From Candidatus Marinacidobacterium sp. (GTDB lineage: Bacteria; Acidobacteriota; Vicinamibacteria; Marinacidobacterales; Marinacidobacteraceae): a stretch of DNA of 64,000 nt. The stretch is taken from positions 288,001-352,000 of the forward strand of contig CBDCRI010000001.1 in the NCBI GenBank assembly GCA_965220965.1, written 5' to 3'. The position numbers and the translations under genes were made by a program. Numbering within the stretch: position 1 is the stretch's first letter; every line of letters begins with the position of its first letter. Under the pieces are notes generated by a model, which did not search any database, had not been told where the DNA came from, and saw only the letters and a list, made by a program, of their open reading frames with translations. Shown here piece by piece: positions 1 to 9,226 of the stretch.

Positions 1-206
1 GACGGGGGCTTTGCGCCCCGCCCCGCCTTGGGCGCGCCGCTGGGCGCGTCCCCGTCGATGGCGAGGATGCCGTCGGCGCCGCCGCCGCAGGCCGGGCACT
101 TGAGCGCCGCAAGCCTGCGGGCGGCCTCATCCAAGGGCATGGCCCGGTCCACCGCCCGCCACGCGTGCCCGCAGGGCTCGCAGCGGACCCCGCCGCCCCA
201 CGCCAT
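1..206 (-). CDS. Small zinc-ribbon-like protein (3' end runs off the window)
   Basis: My translation from ATG 206: MAWGGGVRCEPCGHAW...LKCPACGGG...KAGRGAKPPS. It has two CxxC pairs and is not in the ORF track because it is truncated by the window edge. Confidence 0.55.
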   Translation of the reverse strand, partial: MAWGGGVRCEPCGHAWRAVDRAMPLDEAARRLAALKCPACGGGADGILAIDGDAPSGAPKAGRGAKPP

Positions 207-244
207 CACCCCGCCCCTCGGTTCGCCATGCCGCCGCCCCCGCG

Positions 245-3200
245 CTACGGGGACATGCCGCCTGCGGCGGGGGGCCGTTTGGGTCCGGCGTCCGGCTCGT
301 CCGGCTCCAAGGGCGGGGGCACGAACGCCGCCTCCACGGCCGGCCAGCCCGGCGCGCAGAGCAGCGAGCCGCGGTCCCACGCCGCCTGGTCCAGCCAGCG
401 GCTGTTGCGGTCGCGCACCACGTACCCGCCGCCGGCATGGGGGAAGCTCTGCCAGTAGCCGCGGTGCGCCGTGAGCCACTCCCAAAGCAGGCCCTCGCCC
501 CGCGCGTCCGCGCTGAGGCGCACGGTGCCCGCGCCGCTCCTGTTGAAGTCGTGGCGGCCCCACGAGCCCACGGTCCTAAGCAGCGGCGAATCGGCAAAGG
601 CGAAGTGCCTTCCCATTGCGTAGGGCAGCGTGATGAGGTCCTTGGGCAGCCGGCTTGCCAGCGCGTGCGCCGAGCAGAGGTGGAAGCGCGCCATGAGGAG
701 GTGCTCGCGCGGGGCTTTGGGCCGCTCGTAGACCCTGTCCCAGTGCTCGAGGAAGCGTCCGCGCAGCCCCTCGGGAAGCCGCTCGTGGTAGCCGTACGCC
801 AGCAGGTCGACCGCCGCGAACCCCACCCGAACCGCGGTCGAGCCGTCCGGCGCGCGCCCGCGCACGCAGCCCATGGGCACCAGCAGGTCCACCTCCGGCG
901 CCCTGCCCTTCCACCGCCATTGGCGCCCCACCAAGCGCACCGCGTCCGCCATGGCCTCCAGCAGCTCCTCGCCCTCCCACTCGCCGCGCAGCAGGGCGGC
1001 GCCCCGCTCATCGGCCATCCATCGGTCCAGCCGCTCCCACATGCCGGGGGAGACGGCCAGCATGTCGGGCGTGGCGTCAACCCAACGCGGGCTCGGGACG
1101 CCGGGGTCGCGCCAAAGGAGCGCCTCGCCGCCGGCGCCGGGCGAGAGCAGGCCGCCGGGCGCCGGCGAGGGGCCGCCGACCCGGCGCCAGCCCGTGGCGG
1201 TCCGGCGCAGCACCGAGCGCTCGACGGCCTCGGGCTCGGTGGCGCGCGCCGGCTGCGGCGCCGGCCGCCGGTAGGCGGCCAGCTGGCCGTTGGCGAGGGC
1301 CGCCAAGGCGCAGGGCGCCCCCCCGGCCGGGCCGGCGGCCGCGTCGATGAGCGCCTCGGGGGCCGCCCGGCCTTCGGCCAGGGCGCCCAGCGTGCCCAGC
1401 AGCGAGGCGCAGGCGGCGTCGAACCCGTCCTCGCCGGAGCGGGGCATGGGGGCGTCGAAGACGCCCCGCTGCCAGGCGTAGGCGGCATCGGCCCACAGCG
1501 CCGCGGGATCCTCGACCCCCTCGGCCCGGGCCGCCGCCAGCACGACGGCGCGGGCGTCCGCCTGGTTGGCGCGCACCTCCCTCAGCACGCCCCGCAGCCG
1601 CTCGAAGCTCGCGTAGTAGCGCAGGTAGTGCACGCGCGAGCGCCTGGACAGCAGGTGGCGCTCGATCTCCGGGAGGTCGTCGACCCGCGGGGCGCACAGC
1701 GGCATGCCGGCATTCCCCCATCGGAGCCCGTCGCCGCCCAGCCCGTCCAGGAAGACCTTGGCCTGCTGGCTCTGGAAGCCGGGGCCTTCGCGGCGCGCGC
1801 GAACCATCGGCATCTCCACGTAGGGGCGCCCGTGCGAGAGGCGCACGGTGGCATGGCCGAACTGCTCCGCAACGTCCCACCACTGCCCCCGCAACGCCTT
1901 GTACCGCTCCCTCGGCACGAGCTCCTCGCAGGCGGCCACGGCGTGCCAGTTGCAGAGCAGGCGCGCGCCGGGGGCGATGCGCTGCGCGGTCAGGCGGCTC
2001 AGCGCCCCGTCGAGGGACTCCAGGGCGTCGTCCTCCAGCAGCGCCTCGTCGTCGGCCACCCACTTGAGCGCCGCCGGGGCCGCGTCGGCGTCGAGCCACA
2101 TGTTGGACGTCCCGGAGGCCCGGAACAGCGCCTCGCGGTCCTGGACGCCCGCCAAGGTCAGCATGATGGCGCGGTAGCTGCCCTCGAAGCGCCGCACGCC
2201 CTTGACGGAGCGGTCCCAGTCGACGTGGTCCGGCGTCACCCGCTCGTCCCTGCCGAGAAACCGGACGTAGCGCGTCTGGGCTTCGCGGAGGTCCTCCCCG
2301 GTGGGCCAAAGGCGCAGGCCCTGGTGGGCGACCGAGGGCGCGAAGATGGCCCACGCGCGCCCGCCGTCGCGGTAGAGGAACCAGCGCTCGCGGTTGGCCC
2401 TGTTGCGCTCGATGTCCGCAAGCAGCGCTCCGATCTGGTCCGCCAGGTCCTCGCCCAGCTCCCGGTGCGGCGTGTGGCCGTACTTGTCCTCGCGCCGCCA
2501 CTGCATGAGGCAGAGGCCGACCGGGGCGGGGATGATGCGGTCGAGCGTCGCGTCGTCGGCGCACAGGCGGTCGATGAAGTCCGGCCAGTCGGCGATGTCG
2601 GCGCCGCCGTGGGCGAGGTGGGCGATGTACTCCTCGTCCATGAAGCGCACCGCCTGGTACATGTGCACGGGGCCTTCGGCGGCCGCCGGCTCCCCGTCCC
2701 TGACCTGCACCACCTCGACGTCGCGGCCCATGTAGGCCTCGAACTTGAACAGCGCCTCCCGGATCCGCCCCACCGTCCTCTGCGGACCCACCATCAAGGC
2801 CTGGGCGTGGGCCTCGCGGTGGTCCGCGTGGGCGCTGAGGGCGTCGGTGAGCGCCTTGGTGCGGGCCTCGAGGGCCTCGGCCAGCGCGGTGACCTCGGGC
2901 TCGGTCGCCAGGATGGCCCGCGAGGCCGCCCGCCGTTCGTCCGCGGCCGCGCCGGGGCCCGGCAGCGGCAGGGGCCGGCTGGCGCGCGCCTCGATCGCGG
3001 CCACCGCCGCCTGCTGCGCCTCGGCCGCGGCCCGCGCGGCGGCGTCGAGCCGCTGCCAGACCTCGGACTGGTCCTCGAGGTGGACGTGGGCGCGCAGGAA
3101 CTCGTCGAAGTGCATCTTCTCCGAGTGCGCGCTGCGCGGCTGGGCGCCCGGGCGCGGGGCGTGGCGCACGGTGACGGCATGGACCTCGCCGTCGACCAGG

Positions 3201-3367
3201 TGGACGTCCTCGACCAGCGCCAGCCAGCCGTCCTCGCGGATTCGCCAGTGCTCCCCGGGCGTGGGCGTGATCGCCTCGATGCGGTCCACGCGGGCCGCCT
3301 CCGGGCGGGGGCGCTCGGCGGGAAGCCCGGCGGCCTCCCCGTCGGGATCGGCGTCGGGGGCGCTCAA
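245..3367 (-). CDS. Large hypothetical protein (~1040 aa)
   Basis: Protein-like part of ORF 245..4204. An in-frame TTG at 3367 overlaps the upstream TGA (TTGA), with GGAG upstream. Has a coiled-coil-like region and ends ...KRPPAAGGMSP. Confidence 0.75.
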   Translation of the reverse strand: MSAPDADPDGEAAGLPAERPRPEAARVDRIEAITPTPGEHWRIREDGWLALVEDVHLVDGEVHAVTVRHAPRPGAQPRSAHSEKMHFDEFLRAHVHLEDQSEVWQRLDAAARAAAEAQQAAVAAIEARASRPLPLPGPGAAADERRAASRAILATEPEVTALAEALEARTKALTDALSAHADHREAHAQALMVGPQRTVGRIREALFKFEAYMGRDVEVVQVRDGEPAAAEGPVHMYQAVRFMDEEYIAHLAHGGADIADWPDFIDRLCADDATLDRIIPAPVGLCLMQWRREDKYGHTPHRELGEDLADQIGALLADIERNRANRERWFLYRDGGRAWAIFAPSVAHQGLRLWPTGEDLREAQTRYVRFLGRDERVTPDHVDWDRSVKGVRRFEGSYRAIMLTLAGVQDREALFRASGTSNMWLDADAAPAALKWVADDEALLEDDALESLDGALSRLTAQRIAPGARLLCNWHAVAACEELVPRERYKALRGQWWDVAEQFGHATVRLSHGRPYVEMPMVRARREGPGFQSQQAKVFLDGLGGDGLRWGNAGMPLCAPRVDDLPEIERHLLSRRSRVHYLRYYASFERLRGVLREVRANQADARAVVLAAARAEGVEDPAALWADAAYAWQRGVFDAPMPRSGEDGFDAACASLLGTLGALAEGRAAPEALIDAAAGPAGGAPCALAALANGQLAAYRRPAPQPARATEPEAVERSVLRRTATGWRRVGGPSPAPGGLLSPGAGGEALLWRDPGVPSPRWVDATPDMLAVSPGMWERLDRWMADERGAALLRGEWEGEELLEAMADAVRLVGRQWRWKGRAPEVDLLVPMGCVRGRAPDGSTAVRVGFAAVDLLAYGYHERLPEGLRGRFLEHWDRVYERPKAPREHLLMARFHLCSAHALASRLPKDLITLPYAMGRHFAFADSPLLRTVGSWGRHDFNRSGAGTVRLSADARGEGLLWEWLTAHRGYWQSFPHAGGGYVVRDRNSRWLDQAAWDRGSLLCAPGWPAVEAAFVPPPLEPDEPDAGPKRPPAAGGMSP

Positions 3368-4386
3368 GGGGAGGGGCTCCGCAGCTTGGCGCCGGCCGCG
3401 CCCTTGGCGGGCGGGCCGCTCACGGAGCCGGCGGCGGCCTGCCGAAGCCGGTCCGCGGAAGCGGGCCCGCGCCGGAACCGTTCGAGCCGCGGCCCCTCGG
3501 CCGGGCAAAGGCCCCAGCCCGCCCGGAAGCCCGCGCTGGGCAGGATGCCGTCGTCGCCGTGCCATTCGAGCCAATCGAACGCGACGGGATCCAGGCCGGC
3601 CTCGGCCGACAGGGCGCTGACCGCCTCCGCGCAGGGGGCGAGCGGGGCCGCCGCCTGCGAGAAGACGGCCGGCCCCCCGATAGTCATGTTGAGCCAGGCC
3701 ACCGAAGCGCCCGGCGCGAGCACCGCAAGGGGCGCATCGCTCCCGCAGGCCGCCTTGAGGCCAGGGCCGTTGCGGGCGGCAATGCGGGCGAACAGGCGGC
3801 CGGCAAGCGCCGCCTCGGGATCGCCCCCGCGCCGCAAGGGGAACAGCTCGCCGAGGGGCACCCGCTCGCCGCGGCGCGCGCGCCGCCAAGGCAGCTCCGA
3901 TCGCAGGACCGCCCGCAGGGCGCCGCCGACCACCCGGAAGGCGTCGCGCGGGGCGCCGACGTCGATGGCGAACCGGGTCCTGGGCGGCACCGCCCGCCCG
4001 GATCGGGACGCCTCCCCCGGCGCCCCGAAGGCGGCCAGCCTCGCCGCACGGGCGCCGCAGGGCGCGTCCAGGGCGTGCCCGTCGGGCAGGGGCTCGCCGG
4101 ACAGGGCGAACCGCGCCGCCCGCCGGATCGCCGCGGGGGACGGCTTGCGCCCGGGCTCGGGGGGCGTGCCGCCCGCATGGCCGGTCATGGCCCCAACGCA
4201 CCACCAGAACGCCGCCTCCCCGGGCAGGGGGGCGGCCTCGGGCGCCGCGGCGTCAAGCGCCGCGCCGTCGTCCAGGGCGGCCTTGAGGGCAGCGGCCGCC
4301 GACGGACTCCGGAAGTCCGGCGGCGCCGAGATCACCGCCATGAGCAGCTTGGGCGCGTGCTTGCGCAGCAGGTCCTCAGGGGTCAT
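3364..4386 (-). CDS. Hypothetical protein, paralog of 4426..5433
   Basis: GGAGG RBS before ATG. Aligns end to end with its neighbour (MTPxxLLRxHAPxL, PGEAAFW, ELPWRRxRRGERVP, LDPVAFxW). Ends LRSPSP. Confidence 0.8.
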   Translation of the reverse strand: MTPEDLLRKHAPKLLMAVISAPPDFRSPSAAAALKAALDDGAALDAAAPEAAPLPGEAAFWWCVGAMTGHAGGTPPEPGRKPSPAAIRRAARFALSGEPLPDGHALDAPCGARAARLAAFGAPGEASRSGRAVPPRTRFAIDVGAPRDAFRVVGGALRAVLRSELPWRRARRGERVPLGELFPLRRGGDPEAALAGRLFARIAARNGPGLKAACGSDAPLAVLAPGASVAWLNMTIGGPAVFSQAAAPLAPCAEAVSALSAEAGLDPVAFDWLEWHGDDGILPSAGFRAGWGLCPAEGPRLERFRRGPASADRLRQAAAGSVSGPPAKGAAGAKLRSPSP

Positions 4387-4425
4387 GCGTCCTCCTTTTT
4401 CTCCAATGTCCGCATCCGGCCCGGA

Positions 4426-5433
4426 TCAGGGCGACGGAGCGCCCGCCCCACCGGCGGCCGCGGCGCCCAGGGAAGGCAGCCCGGCCCCGCGCGCGTGCAG
4501 GTCCTCCGGCCGCGCCGCAAGGGGCCGTGGCCCCTCCGCGGCGCAGAGCACCCAGCCGCGGCGGAAGCTGCCGGCGTCGGCCTCGCCGCCTTCGCGGCGG
4601 AACTCGATCCACTCGAAGGCCACCGGATCGAGGCCGCCCTCCCGCACCAGGGCGCTGGCGGCCTCCGCGCAGGCATCGACCGAAGCCTCCAGCCTGGAGT
4701 CCACCTGCACGGTGCCGGGCGGCAGCCCCGGCCCCTGCCAGCGCACGCGGGCGCCGGGGGCCAGGGCCGCAAGCGGGGCCTCGCCGCCGCACGCGGCCGC
4801 AAGGCCGGGGCCGGCCCGGAAGGCGATCGTGGAGAAAAGCCGGCCCGCCAGGTCCAGTGCGCGGTCCCGCTCATGGTCGGCCTCAAGCGGGAACAGGTCG
4901 CGGGGGGGCACCCGCTCGCCACGGCGCTGGCGCCGCCAAGGCAGCTCCCGGCGCAAAACCGCCCGCAGGGCCTTGCCCGCAATCCAGGTCTCGCGAAGGG
5001 GCGTTCGGAGCTCGATGGCGAAGCGCGACTGGGCCGCCGCGGCGCCGCCCGCAAGGCACGTCCCGACGGCGGCGAGCCGCGCGGCGCGCACGCCCGGCCG
5101 GGCGTCCAGGGCCAGGCCCGCGGGCAGGGGCTCCCCGGCCGCGGCGCGCTCAGCGTTGCGGCGGACGCCGTCAAGCAGCTCAAGGGCCGCCGTGCTCCGC
5201 TCCGGGTGCGGCAGGTCGCAAAGGCGCAGCAGGCTCTCGACGCACCGCCAGAAGGCCGCCTCCCCGGGCACCGGGTCGGCGTCGGGGAACGCCTCGCAGA
5301 GCGCCTCCTCATCGTCGAGCACGGCGCTGAGGTCGGCGAGCATGGCCGGGCCGGCCGCCTCCCGAAGGCCCGCCTCGCGGATGCGCGCGATCAGGTTGGG
5401 GGCGTGCCTCCTGAGCAGCTCGTGGGGCGTCAT
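4426..5433 (-). CDS. Hypothetical protein, paralog of 3364..4386
   Basis: Start MTPHELL with AGGAGG RBS and an upstream TATAAT (5464-5469, minus strand). Ends GAPSP. Confidence 0.8.
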   Translation of the reverse strand: MTPHELLRRHAPNLIARIREAGLREAAGPAMLADLSAVLDDEEALCEAFPDADPVPGEAAFWRCVESLLRLCDLPHPERSTAALELLDGVRRNAERAAAGEPLPAGLALDARPGVRAARLAAVGTCLAGGAAAAQSRFAIELRTPLRETWIAGKALRAVLRRELPWRRQRRGERVPPRDLFPLEADHERDRALDLAGRLFSTIAFRAGPGLAAACGGEAPLAALAPGARVRWQGPGLPPGTVQVDSRLEASVDACAEAASALVREGGLDPVAFEWIEFRREGGEADAGSFRRGWVLCAAEGPRPLAARPEDLHARGAGLPSLGAAAAGGAGAPSP

Positions 5434-5464
5434 GCGGCCTCCTTGGCGGCGGGTTCCGCCCGGA

Positions 5465-7675
5465 TTATAGGAGGCCGGGGGCGCCGCGGGCCTGGGGGCC
5501 GGCCGCCTCCGCCACGGCCGCCATGAACTCGTCATGCGGGTGGCCGAGGTCGGCCAGCTGGCCCTTGTGGACCGCGCAGACCCAGGCCGCCCGGCGCAGG
5601 TCGCCAAGCGTCCAGGCGTCCTTGGCGGCGAGCGCGCTGCCCGCCCCCACCGTGGCCCGGGAGAAGCCGGCGCCGTCCAGCCTCGAGACGCCGTCGCAGC
5701 GCGCCAGGAGGGCGCCGATGCGCGCCATGCCCAGCGCCTGGGCGGCCGCCGGGGCCGGGAGCGGCGCCCGCTCCGGCGCCAGCGCCACCTTCACCGCCTC
5801 GGGGGCTGGCGCGTTCTCCCAGTCGATCGGCGCGTCCATCGCCCGGTCGATGGCCTCCTGCTTGTCCACCAGCAGCCTGACGATGCGCTCGTCGAGCGAG
5901 CCCTGAAGCACGTAGTGGCGCACGTTGACCGCGGCGTCCTGGCCGATGCGGTGGCAGCGGTCCTCGGCCTGGCTCAGGTCGGACGGGCGCCACGGCAGCT
6001 CGGCGAACACCACGTCGCTGGCCGCGGTCAGGGTCAGCCCCACGCCGGCCGCCCCGATACTGCCGATGAAGGCGCGGCAGTCCGGGTCGCCCTGGAAGCG
6101 CTCCACCGCCGCCTGCCGGGCCTCGCGCCCGTCGCGGCCGGTCAGCCTGGCGATGCCGTCGACGCCGTTGGCGCGCAGCGCCGCCTCGATGCGGTCAATG
6201 GCCACGTGGTGGTGGGCGAAGACCACCAGCTTGGGCACGGACTCCAGCAGCCGCGCCGCCTCCTCGCCGACCAGGCGGGCCTTGCGCGCCCCGATGGCCT
6301 GCATGACGCGGGAGATCTTGCGGAAGGCGACGCCGCCGAGGCCCCCGCCGCCGTCGAGGGCCTCGGACAGGATGGCAAGGGAGCCCTCCCCGATCTCGGC
6401 GATGTCGGACTCAAGGGGCGCCAGCACGTCCCCGTCGGCGCGCAGCGGGATGACCTGCCGGCGCTTGGCGGGCAGCTCCCTGAGCACGTCGGCCTTCAGC
6501 CGGCGGACCATGCACGTCGAGCGCAGGCGCTGCTGCAGCTCCTCCATGTTGCTGGCTCCCTGCGCGTTCCAGCCGTGCTCCGTCCGGTGCCCGGCGCAGT
6601 AGGCGCTGGTGAAGCCCGGGTAGCTGTCCCAGGTCCGCGGGTCGATGCGCTGCAGCAGCGGCCACAGCTCGACCGGGCGGTTGAGGATCGGCGTGCCGGT
6701 CATGAACAGGTCGCGCCGCGAGCGCAGGGCGAGCGCCGCCTTGGTGCGCTGCGCCCGAGGGTTCTTCAGGTAGTGGGCCTCGTCGAAGACGATCAGGTCC
6801 CACTCCTCCGCCGCAAGGCGCCCCTTCAGCCGCGTCAGCATGGAGTAGGTGGCGATCGCCGTCACCGGCCCGTCGGGGATGGGCGCCTTGGGCTCCACCA
6901 GGCAGGCCGGGGCGCCGTCCGCGCGCCACTTGCGCGCCTCCAGCCGCCAGTTCAGGGCCAGCGAGGCCGGCGCCACAACCAGGGCGCGGCTGACGTCGTC
7001 GGCGTTGTTGATCAGGCCGAGCGCCTGGATGGTCTTGCCGAGCCCCATCTCGTCGGCGAGCAGCACGCGCTCGCGCGCCATGCAGTAGCGGATGCCGGCG
7101 GCCTGGAAGGGCAGGTAGGCGAGGCCCTCGGGGGCCAGCAGCCCCTCGGCGTCGGCGGCCGTGGCCCGGCTGCGCTCGGACGCCTCCAGGTCCATGTGGG
7201 GGGTCCTCCACCAAGCGACCTCCTCGCGCCCTTGGTAGGCGCCCAGGGAGATGCCGGCCTTGCGCAGGGCGCGCCGCGTCTGCGGCGCCGACCACAGCGC
7301 CCGGAACGCATCGTCGGGGGCCGCCTTGCGCAGCTCGCGGGCGCCGCGCTTGGTGTGGACCGTGCGCGGCTCGCTCCAGTCGAGCAGCCCGTCCAGGCGC
7401 ATCTCGTCCGGCTTGGCGATGCGCAACCCGTCGGGCAGCGGCTCGTCGGGGTCGGTCCACCAGCAGACCTCGTCGCGCTCTCCGGAGAGGCTGAAGCCGG
7501 CGGCCTTGAAGCGCTTGCGGCTCTGCAGCGCGCGCTCGAGGAAGGGTCCGTCGGGCGTGGCGGTGAGCAGGCGCCGGACGCCCTTGCGCGTGTGCACCTC
7601 CCGGGGCGCATCCCACTCCAGCATCCGCGCGAGCTCCCCCCGAAAGTCCTCCTCCCCCGCCATCGGCTCGTCCAT
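5465..7675 (-). CDS. SNF2-family (SMARCAL1/HARP-like) helicase with duplicated N-terminal domain
   Basis: Motifs LLADEMGLGKT, DEAH, TGTPILNRP, GVGLTLTAA and QAEDRCHRIGQ. Two N-terminal copies of LxWxxPRxVHTxxGxRxL...EVxWW. GAGGAGG RBS. Confidence 0.9.
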   Translation of the reverse strand: MDEPMAGEEDFRGELARMLEWDAPREVHTRKGVRRLLTATPDGPFLERALQSRKRFKAAGFSLSGERDEVCWWTDPDEPLPDGLRIAKPDEMRLDGLLDWSEPRTVHTKRGARELRKAAPDDAFRALWSAPQTRRALRKAGISLGAYQGREEVAWWRTPHMDLEASERSRATAADAEGLLAPEGLAYLPFQAAGIRYCMARERVLLADEMGLGKTIQALGLINNADDVSRALVVAPASLALNWRLEARKWRADGAPACLVEPKAPIPDGPVTAIATYSMLTRLKGRLAAEEWDLIVFDEAHYLKNPRAQRTKAALALRSRRDLFMTGTPILNRPVELWPLLQRIDPRTWDSYPGFTSAYCAGHRTEHGWNAQGASNMEELQQRLRSTCMVRRLKADVLRELPAKRRQVIPLRADGDVLAPLESDIAEIGEGSLAILSEALDGGGGLGGVAFRKISRVMQAIGARKARLVGEEAARLLESVPKLVVFAHHHVAIDRIEAALRANGVDGIARLTGRDGREARQAAVERFQGDPDCRAFIGSIGAAGVGLTLTAASDVVFAELPWRPSDLSQAEDRCHRIGQDAAVNVRHYVLQGSLDERIVRLLVDKQEAIDRAMDAPIDWENAPAPEAVKVALAPERAPLPAPAAAQALGMARIGALLARCDGVSRLDGAGFSRATVGAGSALAAKDAWTLGDLRRAAWVCAVHKGQLADLGHPHDEFMAAVAEAAGPQARGAPGLL

Positions 7676-7751
7676 GCCGCGCCTCCTCGCCAGCCTGGCC
7701 GCGTCCTTGGATTGTAGGATTCCGCCGCCGGCCGGCCCCGGCGCTTGGGGG

Positions 7752-8874
7752 TCAGGCGCCCAGAAGCAGTGGGGCGAGGTGGCCGACGGCGCCCAGAGCG
7801 GCGGCGACGGCCAGCAGGCCGCTGAGCGCGCGCCGCGCGAGGTCCCCGGCTCCGGCTGCCCGGGGCTGCGGGGGCAGGCCCGCCGCGGTCGCCCGGAAGG
7901 CCGGCGACAGCGCCTGCAGCTTGCACTCCGCCAGCGCCATGGCGCGCAGCCCCTCCGCCATGGCGCGGGCGCGGGCCGAGCGGGCCCGGCCGGAGGCGGC
8001 GACCAAGGCCCCGCCCAGGGCGGCCAGGGCCGCGTGCCCGGAGAGGCCCAGCCAGGACCGCACCGGATCGAAGGCGGCCGGGGCCGCGGCCCACAGGGCG
8101 AACTGGCCGGCGATGACGGCAAGCGCGCACAGGGCGCTCAGGGCGGACGTCCCCATGGCGGCCGCCTGCTCGCGGGCGCACGCGCCGCGGGCGGCCTCCG
8201 CGGCGGCGAGCAGGCCCTCCGAGCGGCTCCCGGCCTGGCCGCGCGCCGACTGGCGCAGCAGCGCCGCCTCGGCGGTGACGTGCCACACGTCGGTCTGCGA
8301 CGGCGGCTGGCCGACGCCGGCCCCATGGGAGAGCACCGGCAGGAAGCCCAGCCGCTCGTGGAAGCGCGCCGACCTCAGGTTGGGCGGCTGGCTGACGACG
8401 GCCGCGAACACGTCGGCCGGCGGCGCGCCGCCCGGGCCCCGCTGCGCGGACCGGACGGAAAGCTCCCGGAAGAAGGCGTCGTACAGCGCCCTGCCGATGC
8501 CCCGTCCGGCCATGCCCCCGGCGACGCCGACCTGCTTGACGACGTGGAAGGGCGGCGCGCCGCCGAACAGGGCCAGCAGGCGCCGCTCCGTGCTCTCGGG
8601 AGCGAAGCCGCCGGCGCGCTCGATGTGGTCGGACCGGTAGGCCAGGAGGAAGCCGACCGGCGGGCCGCCGTCGGCGTCAGTGCAGACCAGGAGGTCCACC
8701 CCCCCCCCCCGAAGGCGGGCCGCTGCGCTCCTGGAAGGCCCGGTAGCGCTCGACGCTGAAGTCGGAGACCAGGAAGCCGGTCTCGCCGTCGGACGTGTCG
8801 CGGTGGGCGCGCGACAGGTCGAAGACGGCCCCCACGTCATCCGCGGCGGCATGGCGGACGGTCCATCCGGTCAT
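7752..8874 (-). pseudogene. GNAT-like acetyltransferase fused to a multi-TM C-terminal domain, split by a frameshift in a G12 tract
   Basis: 8677..8874 gives a GNAT-type N-terminus (VRHAAADD). The other frame continues with VGFLLAY, QVGV..GRGIGRALY and NLRSARFHERLGF, then hydrophobic helices. The junction is C12 at 8699-8710. Confidence 0.7.
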
Positions 8875-9226
8875 TTCAAGCCCCTTGGCGGCAAAGCCCC
8901 AACGCGTCGGGGGAGATGGTACGCCACGGCGGCGGAGGCTTTCACCCCCCTTCCGGGCGCACGCTCAAGCCGCGGGCGGCGGGCTTGGGCGGAGCGGGCC
9001 AAGCCGGAGCTCCGGGCTTCGAAGGGCCAAAGAGGCTATAGTTGGCCACACCCCCGCGGATAGGCCCAGGATGCGCGCAAGAGCGAGGAAAAGGACGCAT
9101 GCGGTCCCAGCCCGCAGGCCTGGCGCCCCCCTGCCCCGCCCCGGGCTTGGCGCATCCGCTTGGCTGCGGCGTCCGGCGCAGCCTTGAGACGGTTTTCAGA
9201 AGCCGTCCCCATTCCAGGGCCTGCCG

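Noticed and set aside
437-5470. 1677-aa plus-strand ORF and many other long Arg/Pro/Ala/Gly-rich ORFs (e.g. 5534..7717, 51378..54311, 57730..60057)
   Set aside because: Antisense or alternate-frame shadows of real genes in GC-rich DNA, with no motifs.
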